From Octopus bimaculoides (lineage: Eukaryota): 42,080 nt of DNA. The stretch spans positions 29,733,298-29,775,377 of the forward strand of contig NC_068997.1 of the NCBI RefSeq assembly GCF_001194135.2, given 5' to 3'. The position numbers and the translations under genes are program-made. How positions within the stretch are numbered: position 1 is the first letter of the stretch; every line of letters starts with the position of its first letter. Positions 1 through 12,522 of the stretch are shown here, in pieces. Below the pieces are notes generated by a model. The model had not been told where the DNA came from. It saw only the letters and a list, made by a program, of their open reading frames with translations, and did not search any database.

Positions 1-725
1 TGGAGTGGGGTTGAGGAAGACATTCATTGCTCCACTAAAATTTTGAACCTCAAAATTTGATTCAGAAAGTAGAAAACTCAGAAAAGCAAAGAAAAACCAA
101 ATCTAACAAAATTCTTGAGGACATCTGCATGATGTTGATTTGATTATAAGAAATTTTCATTTAGGCTCAAGGGCAGCAATCTTAATGGGAGAGGCTAGCT
201 GACTAAGTCAACTGCAGTACTTGACAAGTGCTTTATCAACCTCAGAAGTGATGCATGGCAAAGTTGAGCTCAATAGGCTTTAAACTTAGAATGTGAAAAG
301 CTCAAAGAAATACTGCAAAGCATTTGCCTAACAAGTCTGTGAATCCACTGCAATAATAATAATAATAATAATAATAATAATTAATGTCTTCATAGTTGTT
401 CTAAGTCAACTGATATTAGTGTTTCACAAAGTTTCCTGTTAAGAAAATACCTAAGTTCATGACAAATACTGATCTTATTATTATTATTATTGTTACCACC
501 GCCACTTCTTCTACACACAATACTGATAATGATGATAACAACAATACTGTTCTTGTAACAAGTGCTATGGTGATGAGGAGGTTCTCAGTGGTCTGAGTCC
601 ACATTTTTTTGATTCAGATTTTTGAAAAATAAATTGAAGCTGATTCACTTTGTGCAAGTGAATTGTTTTTTTTTTTTTTTTAAACCTATAACATAATTGA
701 GGATGTGTGTAGGTGCAGATGTGTA

Positions 726-998
726 NNNNNNNNNNNNNNNNNNNNNNNNNNNNNNNNNNNNNNNNNNNNNNNNNNNNNNNNNNNNNNNNNNNNNNNNNNN
801 NNNNNNNNNNNNNNNNNNNNNNNNNNNNNNNNNNNNNNNNNNNNNNNNNNNNNNNNNNNNNNNNNNNNNNNNNNNNNNNNNNNNNNNNNNNNNNNNNNNN
901 NNNNNNNNNNNNNNNNNNNNNNNNNNNNNNNNNNNNNNNNNNNNNNNNNNNNNNNNNNNNNNNNNNNNNNNNNNNNNNNNNNNNNNNNNNNNNNNNNN
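726..998. other. Assembly gap; others at 30048-30613, 33875-34311, 35143-35699, 36857-37249
   Basis: N runs, mostly abutting microsatellites. ORF-track entries crossing them are artefacts. Confidence 0.98.
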
Positions 999-3599
999 TG
1001 TAAAAGAAATAACTCTACTAATGCTACCTTTCTTTCACTGAAGGGCTTACAGTATAGTCGCAACGTGATGAGTCTACTTCAGACATTGTGCCGCTGGTCA
1101 GAAGATTGGGAAAATGAACTCATTTTGATTTGCATGGATATTAAACAGAATATGAAAATTATAATTATTCATTGCAAACGACGGTTCCGGGATGTTTCAA
1201 TAATTTGCCTTTAAAAGAACTGTGTATTCCTCTTCTTAGATTTCTGGAAAATATTCAATGAATGAAACCCACAGAATTTTTTTTTTTTTTTTAAACCTAT
1301 AACATAATTGAGGATGTGTGTAGGTGCAGATGTGTACACACACACACACACACATTCCAAAACACTGACTTGCTTGCACATGCAATGCTATATACAACTG
1401 CATAATACGTAATGCTGTCTACTCCACACAGTTTTTTGGGGATAAACCACATTGGCAATACTTTAGATGCTGATGTATTATTTGTCCTTTGTCAAAATCC
1501 ATTGTTTGTTGTGCACCATGTATTAATACACGCAGAATGTGTGTGTGTGTGCATTTGTAGAGATATGGGTATGTATACATATGTGTGTGTGTATAAGGAT
1601 GCAGGCATGCCAAGTGATCAAAATGTTGGGTTTGTGCTGGTTTGATCCTGTCATTTGGCAAGTTGTGTCTTATATACCATAATCTCAAGCCTTGTGAATG
1701 ACAGGAAGTAGGCAAACAGTGGAAACTTGCCAAATGCAGCACCATATTCCTGTAATTTATGCTGATTTTTCTGTCAGAATTAAATTAAGGATACAACTTT
1801 CACTGGAATTATCTGCTACACATAATACAGTACAATGAGTTTGCTGTTCAGATGAACAACTGGAATACTCTTCATCGAAATTGTCAGAAATTCATTTAAA
1901 AAAGAAAAAAAAATTTTTTTTAATAAATTTATATATGTGTATATATATCTTTTTTGGGGTGTGTATGTGTGTATATGCAGAATGTATTTATTCAAAGCTA
2001 GTTTACTATGCCACTACTCATAGCTTCTTGCTGTGTGCAAGGGGTAACACCTGACAAGAAACTTTTGAAGGGCCACAGTCAGTGAATCCTCAACTTTGAA
2101 CAAATAACTTTTACTTCATGTATCAAGTCTTTTATATTCCACTTGTAGAGTTGAATGTCTTTATATGTATGTAATGCGTGTATATATGTGTATATATTTA
2201 TACTCATTTGTGTCCAATGGATAATTAAATGTTTATTAGTTCCATTTATTTAATCTCAGTTCAAACTTACAGAAAAGAGAAGTTTTTACTTTTAAATGAT
2301 GCAGATTTGATATTTATTGACATTGTTTTGAATTAATCACACAGTATATCTTGTAACTTTGAGATTTCAATGATGTAATTCTATATTTTTTTGAACCACA
2401 TTGTTGGGTAGGTATAAGAGACCAGATTTTGACAAGTTTGAGCATGAAGCAGAATATTCGGGCTAGATATGGCCTTTTTAAATGATAAAGGGTTAAATAT
2501 ATAATACTTTTAGTCTTTACAATTATTGATAGCACTTGTAAATGCCACAAAAATTAACATCAATTTGACATTTAAAACCTGTCTAACCTTTTTTATCAAT
2601 TTAAATATGTGAGAGAATCAATTCATATGATGCTCAATTCTTGGTACCTAAACTTTCTCAAAATGGAATTCCGTCTACCTGGCATTGAATCTGTTAATCT
2701 GTTTGTAATTTCTTAAAATTTTCTGGTTATATTAATCATAAAATTCATTTAATTTCCTGGTTTTACTTATTTTGGTCCATTTCCATAAATTTTCTATTGA
2801 ATATGGATATTGCATTTTCTTACGTGTCATGAATTCTTTGAGTATTTCTGCCTTATACTTTGGGGATATTGTTATATTGAAAATGCCAGTAGTAACCCAA
2901 ATGACTATTGACATATGGAAGCATAGTCTTCTCCAGAATCTTCCGAGAAACGGTTTCTTTTCTGAGATTCTTCAGCTGACTTATTAGGCCGAGCCTTTTT
3001 TCATGCAGTCAGCCTCTTCCCCAAACTTTGATGTTACCGACATCCTGTTTACCTGTTGAATTCCTGCAGTTGAAATGAAAGTTTTGTTCTTTTAAGAAGC
3101 ATTGGATGTACATTTGGTTGTCTTGATTCGCAGTAAATTAGATCCTTTCTACCCTTTCAAAAAGACCCTTTCTTAGCCTCATTCAATTCTCGTGGTCATA
3201 GTGCACCAGATGTCAGCCATCCCAATTTTCCAGAGCTGTTCTATTTTTATATGTGCAACACTTCTAAAACCTACTTCTTGCACAGATCCTTTCCTAACCC
3301 CCTATATTCCCCACTCACTGCATTCACTTCTATCCATCTGTCATTCCCCTTTTCATTCTCTTCATCTTACTCTCCCACTCATCCTTTTAATCCTTTCTAT
3401 CCCTTATATTCACCTTCTTGTAACTTGACAGTAGGCCTGGACTCATTTTCTCCACCATTAACTGGGATAGTCATGTACCTCCTCTAAAGCAAGACACCTG
3501 TTTCTCTCTGTCTTGTTTAAACCCCTTTATTGTGTGGCATAAACCCTATCTCAATACTACATAGCACTGAGCTGAGAGCCCCCCCCCCTCCTTGTGAAT

Positions 3600-3765
3600 T
3601 ACTTGGTGATCTCACTGGTGTTGGTGCCACATAAAAAGCCATCCAGTACACTCGGCAAAGTGGTTGATGTTAGTGTCCAGCTGTGCAAAACCAAAGCAAA
3701 CATTCTGGCTTGGCACAGCCTTCTGGCTCACCAGTTCCTATCAAACCATCCAACCCAGTTTGGAA
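3600..3765 (+). mobile_element. Old family A relic; similar relics at about 7060-7200 (-) and 20465-20640 (-)
   Basis: Degenerate CACATAAAAAGC...GTGGTTGATGTTAG...TCCAGCTGT...CCATCCAACCC motifs. Confidence 0.55.
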
Positions 3766-3818
3766 AATGGGGGTGGGGGAGGGTATCTTACAAGCTTGAA
3801 ATACTCTGGTTCTCTCTC

Positions 3819-3853
<35 letters not shown>

Positions 3854-5598
3854 GGGACATCAATCTGCTTGTTGTATAAATCTTATTGTTTATCAACTGA
3901 GTGCATCCTTTGAGAAGTTTTTTTGTTTTTACTACTTTCCTGATCACGAATGGTCAGAATATCCAGGTTCATTGAAGGCATCCATAGCATGAGCAGAAGT
4001 TATCAAACAATTAAAGTCACCATCTACAGCTGAGAGAAAAAACTCAGTTTCAGCTTAGGTTTGGATAATTCTTGAATGTGTCTCTGATGATGAGCTTTTT
4101 AGTTCACCATTCACACTTGACTAGTTTGGGAGGATAAGAAAATATTTGTGCTTTGTCTTATTTATTTAACACAGGATATTGAATATTAAAATGCTTATTT
4201 TCTGAAATATTCTTAAATGAAATGATGTTAATTTTAGTGGCTCTATCAATTATGCAAAAATGTTTATTATACTAATTAATACACATTTTTGCATCATTTA
4301 TGAAGAAAAAAATTCTATTTTCATACATGGGTTGAATCATGATTAGATAAATGGATATAATTAACATGTATGTATGTATGTGTGTGTGTTTGTATATAAG
4401 TATTGAGGTAGTGTGTGTGTGTGTGTATGTGTATTTATATAATATGTATTGGTGTTGTGTCTGTTGTTTGTGTGATTATATATATATACATACACACACA
4501 CACTCTCCCACATGTGTGTGTAAATGTATCTGAAATTTCTTTGTTTGAAGCTGAAAAGTCACCCTGTTGCCACAGTTTCTTGTCTCAAGAATCTTTCAAA
4601 TGACAAAAGCCAGCTTTTTGTCAGGCAAAGCCTGGCAAATGGACAAAGAAACTGAGTAGTGATGTCCTGAACCATCATCTTTCAAGAAATGAGTAAATGT
4701 TAAGTTATTTTTCTTCTGTATGTATATCCATTGAGATATATATATATATATATATATAATATACATATATATATATATATGTATGTCTGTGTGTATCTAT
4801 GCATGCCTCTCTATATATAAGTTTATGTGTGGGTGTGTGCAAGTGTGTTATGTGTTCACGTGTGTACATGTATGTGTATGTCTGTCTATGGATATACATA
4901 TATGCGTGTGTGGTGATATATAAACTTGTTAACATGTGTATACATGGTCTTGTGATCTGTTTGTAATGTCTACAAATATTTGTCTTCACCCAAATGCATC
5001 TCGTATTTGTTTGTGTTTTTTTTTTTGTAAATTTTTTTTTCCCCTGCCTTCCTCCAGTTATTTGTTTGTCTCTTGATGGGAATTTGTTTTGTAATAGGGC
5101 AGATCTTCAGATAATTAATATTCGAGTAATTTTTAGTTCATTAGATTCTCTCACTATCAACAAATCAGTTAAGTGCTCTTAGAGAAATTGGGTTTTCCAA
5201 ATCCCATTCGTTTATTCTATCTATTCTCCGAAAATTCTTTCTTTTCTTCAATGTTTTCTTAGGTTGTTCTTAGTTCCCGACAAACAATTGTACAACTATT
5301 TTACTTTCTTTCTCTTGTTCTCTCTCTCTGTCTCTCTTTTGGATATTTCTGAAATGTAAATCATTTTGTAATATCTGGGTTGTATAAAATGAATTGTTAT
5401 AACATTTACTGCTTTGGTCTCCATTTTAATTGCTTTCTCCTTGTTGCTCTTCTTGTCCCTTGTTTCACCTGTTCATAGTGTAAATGCCATCCTGTTGGAC
5501 ACTGAAATGGTTTGTATCCCATTGATGGACATGTGTGCTGTCTCTGGAGGAGGCCTTCAACCTTTAGTATATAATCTATTTAGCTGTGTGTGTGTGTG

Positions 5599-5890
5599 AA
5601 GGACTGTAGCCTAGTGGTTAAGTGTGCTGCTTTCATGATTCTGAGATCATGGTTTCAATTCCCAGACCTGCTGCGTATTGTGTTCCTTAGCAAAACACTT
5701 CATTTCACATTGCCCCAGTCCACCATGCTGTAAATGTGCAACCTTGCAACAGACTAGCCTTCTGATCAAGGGGAATGCTGGCTTGCTCGTCTAGCCACCA
5801 AGTGGTGTCATTTAAAGATACATCAGTGAAAAGTGCACTATGACCAGCGAGGTATAACAACATCCAATAGCCTGGTCAATCATGTGATAT
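5599..5890 (+). mobile_element. tRNA-derived SINE, another family
   Basis: TAGCCTAGTGG (A box), GGTTTCAATTCCC (B box), TTGTGTTCCTTAGCAAAACACTT CORE-like segment. Confidence 0.65.
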
Positions 5891-8800
5891 ATGGAGATGT
5901 ATGTGATACATTGCATCATTGAAGCAATGGAGGCTCAGTAATTGATGAGAGATTCTTAGTTTGTGCTCAACTTGTTATTCCTCCATCCATCTGCTGAACA
6001 ACTTGAGGCACATGTGACCCCAGTTTCCTTTATTGGTTTTTGTAGCATCTTGATAGGTTGCTAGCCTTACTGATTCTCATCAGAAGAGTTAAAGTTGTAA
6101 ATGGATTTTAGAGAGCTGACTGTATTTTCCAGTGGTGAACTCTGCCTTTATACAAAACATATACATAGCTCCGTGTATTGAGCCTGCAAATTGACTACAT
6201 TGGCTAGTTTACCTCTAAGCCAATTTGACCATTGGTGCATCATATACACCCCTTGAACATTTGTGTGCATCCACAGACTTGGATTTTGGGTTAGCTTGAC
6301 CATAAACCAGTCAGTAATGTTGATTTTTTTTTTTTTTCCCTCTCTCCTAAATGCAGTTAGACTATACAAGATAAAGACTAGAATTGTTGTTTGTTACATT
6401 GGAGCACAAAGACAGGTCGAAGCATATGACCCCAGCTGTGCAAAATAGCTTATCATTGAGTGTGCACAACAACCTCGTTGTTTGTGTGATGACATTGTAA
6501 ATTAAATAAACAAGAAGAATATACTGCAAAGATAATGTGGAATATCTTCTCCAAGTTGACTTGTGGACCATCTAGTTATTTTGGTGACTTCACTTTGTCA
6601 GCTGCTGTTGAACTAATAACAAATGCACATAGATATACATATTCTGTTCTATGGCTGCCATCATGTGGAGTTTACAATGTATTTGTAAAGTTTCTCTCTT
6701 TAGGTTAGAGCCAAGGAAGGTTTTTTAATGGAAACCCAGCAGTTCCCCTCTGCAGTAAGTCATTCTCTCCCTCATCCATGCATTTGATCTTACTCAAGGA
6801 TTGTATTTAGTGCCAATACAGCTTGATGCCAGCATTGTCACAGGTGAACTGAAAATGTGAATGACTTGAACCTTTACTGCAAAGCAGTTTCTCTGATTTC
6901 TGATAATCCATCCTGAATTTGGACTTCATTGTATCAACCATGGATAAATGAAAAGCAAAGCTGCTCTCAGCAGGGTTTGAACTCTATGTGAAAAAGAATC
7001 AAATCAAGCATCCCAAGAGATATTTTAGTTTGATATTTTTCGGGTTCTGTTCATCCACTACATTTTATTGTGCTGAGCATGGGTTGACAGGATCCAGTGA
7101 GTGACAGACCTGCATTGTGCTCCATGTCAGCTTTAGCATAGTTTCTACAGCTGGGTGCCCTTCCTAACACCAACCACTCCACACAGTGTACTGGGTGGTT
7201 TTTCTTTTCTCATGTAACTTGCAAGGAGAAAACCCCCCTTGACTAAGGGCATTGGAGTATTTGATAGGGTGGAGGAGAGATTTTATACTAGGGATAGGCA
7301 GAAATGTCTTGCTATGCAAAATGTACATAGCTGTCCTGCATTGGCTAGATGGTAGCAAAGGATTGCTGGAGTGAAACCCTCAAGAAGCTAGAGAAGATAT
7401 GATGGTGATGGGCAGGGGATAGCAGAGAGAATGTTAGGTATTGAGGTAAAAGTGTATGTAGTGAGAGATGTACAAGTGTGGGGGGTGAGAGTAGTTGGAG
7501 TTGATGAGTGACCCTTATCTATTTTGCAAGTAAAGAAGTTTTTATTCAACAGGTCTTGAAAAGCATGGAGGACTGGTTACATTAACAAAGTCAACATCAT
7601 CACTTTTGCTGTGGGATTCCGATCTATAATACTGATCGGTATTCAAGTGCACACACAGGACAGGCTTCCTACAGTTTTTGTCTCCCAAAGTCACTCAGAG
7701 GTTGACTTGAGGCAATAGAAGACACTTATTGAAGGTGCCATGCAGTGGGACTGAACTTGGAACCATGTGGTTTGGTTACAAAGTGAATTTCTTCACTCCA
7801 ACCCCATGCCTCAAGACTGAACTGAAAATTATGTGGTTGCAAAGCGAACTTCTAAACCACTGTTAAAAAAAAAAAAGACGGCACACCGACTGTTATGACA
7901 AAGAGGGTTCCAGTTGATCCAATGAACAGAACAAGCTTTATCGTGTAATCAACATGTGAGTGGCTGAGCACTCCACAGACACATGTGCAACATACTTCTC
8001 AGTGAGATTCAGCATGACAATGTGGCCAGGCTGGCCCTTTGAAATACAACTTTGATTTGATCTGAGAGCCACACATCAGAAAAAGTGGCCCAAATTCTTG
8101 TAATAACATTACTGAAAAGCTCTCCAAAACCTCTGAACTAAAACTTCTTAATTATAAAGAAAAGAAGCAAACACAAAATTCACTTTAAGTAATATTTTTA
8201 TTTTTGGGGAAAATAGTAAAAGTTGAAATGATAGTGAATGTTTATCCATGAAATAAGATGTTTGAAAATATGAAGTTGGTTCCAGGAGATTTTGAAGTCA
8301 GAATGTAAAGAAATATAAATTAATACCACAAAAAATTTTGTCTGGTGCTCTACTGATTTTGGCAAGCCCAGAGCTGTATTTATATCACCAGTAATGCTAA
8401 TGTATTCTGGGGACATGCACACACACACGCACATAGTGGTAAGAGATCCTCAAGAGAACTAAACAACAGATGGTCTTCAGAAAAGGAACCCCACCCAGCC
8501 AAGTAATTTGGCCCTTAATGCCTTACACTCTAAGGGCCACATCCAAGTCTTAAACTGAAAGATTACTCAATACATTTGGCAGAATACAAATTTATTATTC
8601 CTTAATAAGAATAATATCGACACTGTCTTTGAAGTTCCTCTCCTGCTTCTGATGATGGCTCAACTGGCCAAAACTTTGATGTTACTGTCAATACTATTCT
8701 TGTTAAAGAATGATATATGATTGAATTTATGAGGATTTGTAAGAAATGAACCCCTGTTTAATATTCCTAAAGGAGAAGGATTAAGTTTAGCTTTAGTGGT

Positions 8801-9040
8801 CTGCATGAAATAAAAGGACCGTTGTCAGATGACAGACTTAGGTCCCTGAGGGCTTAACTCTACCAAGGTCCTCGAGAGAGCCTACTTCTCTACACTTTAC
8901 CACATTTATTCATATTGACTTTTTTACCTGAATCAAGGAAAGAGATATGTGTTGGTATACAGCCAGAAACCACACACAGTTTACCCTTCAGCTTTCTCCA
9001 TATCTGACCGCAAAAAGGGCAACAGTAAAATGAAGGCAGT

Positions 9041-9046
9041 TTTATT
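9041..9046 (-). terminator. Candidate polyadenylation signal of FMO
   Basis: AATAAA on the minus strand about 470 nt after the stop; AT-rich background makes chance matches likely. Confidence 0.25.
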
Positions 9047-9511
9047 TTTCTCGAATTATGTTAAGAAGATTTTTTAAAAATCAGTAAGCACACTTTCAGT
9101 AAACTTGAATGAAAGAGAAATTTGTTCCTTATTCTGACTGCATAAATATAACAAACTGCCAATGAAGAAGAAAAATATTCAAAGATGTTTTCCAAGATGA
9201 GTGTTAATAATGTTAATGGAGGTTTTGCAAGATGTTGCTTAATAAAGTTAGTTTCCAAAAGACATGCTTATTCATAGATACTCAGTGAAATTTAATCATC
9301 AAATATGTGGATATTGTGATTAAAATTATTAATCTCTTAATATTCAAGTTTGAGTTGCTGCAAGCTACAGTGGAATAGAGGAGATAGAAATGAAAGAGTA
9401 AATAATATTGAAAGTTTTGCCCAAATTGAAACGAAAGCAAAGGAAGGGGTAACGTTGAGACATTCTTCCGAGTTTCTTCTCTTTTGTTGTGACTAAAACT
9501 GGCCACACAGT

Positions 9512-10138
9512 CTAGTTCTGCACTCCTACATAGTTGTCATTCTTCAAGTAATAGTTGTATTTCTTATACTCCAAAAGATTATTAATCCTGGTGTAGTGAA
9601 TTTTGTCAAACAAATCTCTCACTTGTTTTGAAATTGGAATCGTCTCAGCCATTGAAGTGATGTCATCGTTGTAATCCCATTGTTTTCGACCAACCATTGT
9701 ATGTGTATGTCGATGTGGCATCCCCTCATTCCGTCTTGACTCATAATCTTTCTCTATGTCTTGAAGCATTTCTTCATAAGAAGGTAGTTTCATTGAACCA
9801 TCCAAATTGGCCATCATAAACTGCACTTGACAATGGAATGTTGGAAAAGGACAAACTTTCTTTGTGACACCAATGAAATTGAGTGAGGGATATTTGGCAT
9901 GAACGATATGTTTAAACAGTGGGTAAACTCGTCCATCAGTTATATTCAGGTTACATTTTTTAGTGAGGAAAGGAAAATCATATTTGTATCCGGTACAGAA
10001 AATTACTGTGTCAACTTCTAAATCCCGGCCATCTTTGAGATTCACAAAATTTTCAGAAAAACTTTTTATTTCAACAGTTTCTTCAAGGTTTTCTGGCAAT
10101 GGGCTCGTTATTCGCTTACCATGATGGCTGAGAAATAC
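9512..10138 (-). CDS. FMO terminal coding exon 5 (VFLSHH...CTGY...VGVQN*)
   Basis: Acceptor TTTCAG|GTA at 10139; 627 nt open frame to TAG at 9514-9512. Confidence 0.95.
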   Translation of the reverse strand, partial: VFLSHHGKRITSPLPENLEETVEIKSFSENFVNLKDGRDLEVDTVIFCTGYKYDFPFLTKKCNLNITDGRVYPLFKHIVHAKYPSLNFIGVTKKVCPFPTFHCQVQFMMANLDGSMKLPSYEEMLQDIEKDYESRRNEGMPHRHTHTMVGRKQWDYNDDITSMAETIPISKQVRDLFDKIHYTRINNLLEYKKYNYYLKNDNYVGVQN

Positions 10139-11018
10139 CTGAAACAAATTAAATGAAATTCATTTGTATAACTGTAGGTAACAATCAGATAGGCACTTGT
10201 CATGAGTCTCAAGCAGATTACCGTGTTAGACATTGCTAATGATCCCTTGAAATTGTACCCTATGCATGACCTTAATATTAACCCCTATCTAGGTATATAA
10301 ATTAAGGATAGTTATGGCCATATAAAGGATTTAGAATGACATTTACGTCTTTACATTAAGAGACTCATTCATAAGAAAGCAAATAGTTCTATAAATAGTG
10401 AATAGCTTGTTCCAGGATTGAAGTTTCTCACACAAGTTCAGAATAAACTAATTGAAACTGCACAATTTACTGTAAACCATTATAGATATAAGAAGGGTTA
10501 ATTCTTTTGAAGAAGGAAATTATTACAACAATTTTTAAATAAATTTTTGAGTGATGTTTATTTCTAAAGACATTCATAGAGTAGACTAATCAGAGATCTT
10601 TGCTGTTTGGCTGCCAGTTTTCAATCTCTTCAATTCCTGCTCAAATTCATTTCATATTTGGTCTAATGATATGGCTTTATATGCTAATCACTGCTTTGAA
10701 ATTGGCAACACTTATTCTATCGGTCTCTTTTGCCGAACCGCTAAGTTATGGGGATGTTAACACACCACCATCGGTTGTCAAGCGATATTGGGGGGGGGGG
10801 GGACAAACACAGACACACACATATATACATATATACGACAGGCTTCTTTCAGTTTCCGTCTACCAAATCCACTCACAAGGCTTTGGTCGGCCCGAGGCTA
10901 TAGTAGAAGACACTTGCCCAAGGTGCCACACAGTCGGAATGAACCTGGAACCATGTGGTTGGGAAGCAAGCTACTTACCACACAACCACTCCTGCATATA
11001 TTTATATATTATTATATA

Positions 11019-11071
<53 letters not shown>

Positions 11072-12473
11072 TATATATGAGCAAATATTCAAATTAATAC
11101 TCTTAAAAATATCATTATTATTATTACCAGCAGCAAATCTAAATAATTGATAATAACAACAATAATAACATTAGTGGCAGCAAGTGATATTAGCATTAAA
11201 CAGCTATACAATAAATTCATAATTATATCAGAGGGTACAAAAATCACCAGCTTGCTAGAAAGTGAAAGTAAAAACCCCTAATTTAACCACCAATCTCACT
11301 GAAAATATGCAATAGACCAACAGAAATTGGACAAACGAGTGGAATTTAACATGCTATCTTAAGAATGTGATAACAGATTACCTGGATCATGATTTTGAAT
11401 TCTGGCTAAAGCACTGAAATTGCTTTGAATGTGGCGTGAGACTATTCAAAACATAATGGATTACAATGAGGCAAGATGGATTTTTCATTTTAAGTACAGC
11501 TAAACCTGCTGAGGGGAATTGAGGCACTGGTTACGTAATGATGCACCCAAGCAGATTAATTGCACTGCATGTAAGGGAGACAATTTCTGAAAGTTACTTC
11601 GCAAAGAGTTACCTCCCTTAGTCATCATAGTCGTACGTAGCCCAGGAAAGGGGGTTTTCTGCACCCAGAGGCTCCATTAGTCATCATGTGAAACATGTTA
11701 AGAGTCTAAAACTCTCTCTGGAACATAAGTAATGTATGTTGCCAGTTTGGAGAAAATTGGATGTGAACTTCAGAAGTTATGCACATTTACACACACACAC
11801 TGAATTTTATATGTGTGTATATATAATTGATTCAGTCATTTGCTTGTAGCCATGCTGGAGCACTGCTTTATAGGGTTTTACTCAAAGAAATTGAGTAATT
11901 TGTCTGCATCCTTTCAAGAAATATGTTAACCTTTGTTCCGTAAGTTCATAAAACCCTGATGAGATTCTGCCCCATATAACTGAAAATGATACCAATTCTT
12001 AGCATATAACCAAATGCTTAGAATTACGTATCACTGGGGTCAGGAATCAAAACGAATACCTAAGTTTTTGGCATCTGCCTTTTCTTTTAGAGCTTTACGA
12101 CTTATAATTTATTTGCATTGTTTTTATAAAAAAATTTCAACATTTTTATATCATACAAATAAATTGTTTAAACATCCATAATTCTCCATTTTCTTTATAT
12201 ATATATATATATCATCATCATCATCATCATCGTTTAACGTCCGCTTTCCATGCTAGCATGGGTTGGACGATTAGACTGAGGACTGGTGAAACCGGATGGC
12301 AACACCAGGCTCCAGTCTAATTTGGCAGAGTTTCTACAGCTGGATGCCCTTCCTAACGCCAACCACTCAGAGAGTGTAGTGGGTGCTTTTACGTGTCACC
12401 CGCACAAAAACGGCCAGGGGCACTGGCAACGATCTCGCTCGAAAATCCTACGGGAGCCAGTCAGGCGGTACTG

Positions 12474-12522
<49 letters not shown>

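Noticed and set aside
1060-1260. DESTSDI peptide reminiscent of the hAT transposase DESTD motif
   Set aside because: Frame has several stops and no other transposase motif aligns.
5599-5680. tRNA gene
   Set aside because: A and B boxes lead into a CORE-like SINE body with no cloverleaf; it is a SINE head.
8648-8690. CTGATGATGGC...GCCAAAAC hammerhead-like string
   Set aside because: G12 is mutated and stem I does not pair. CTGATGA hits near 4084, 6080 and 11956 also lack stems.
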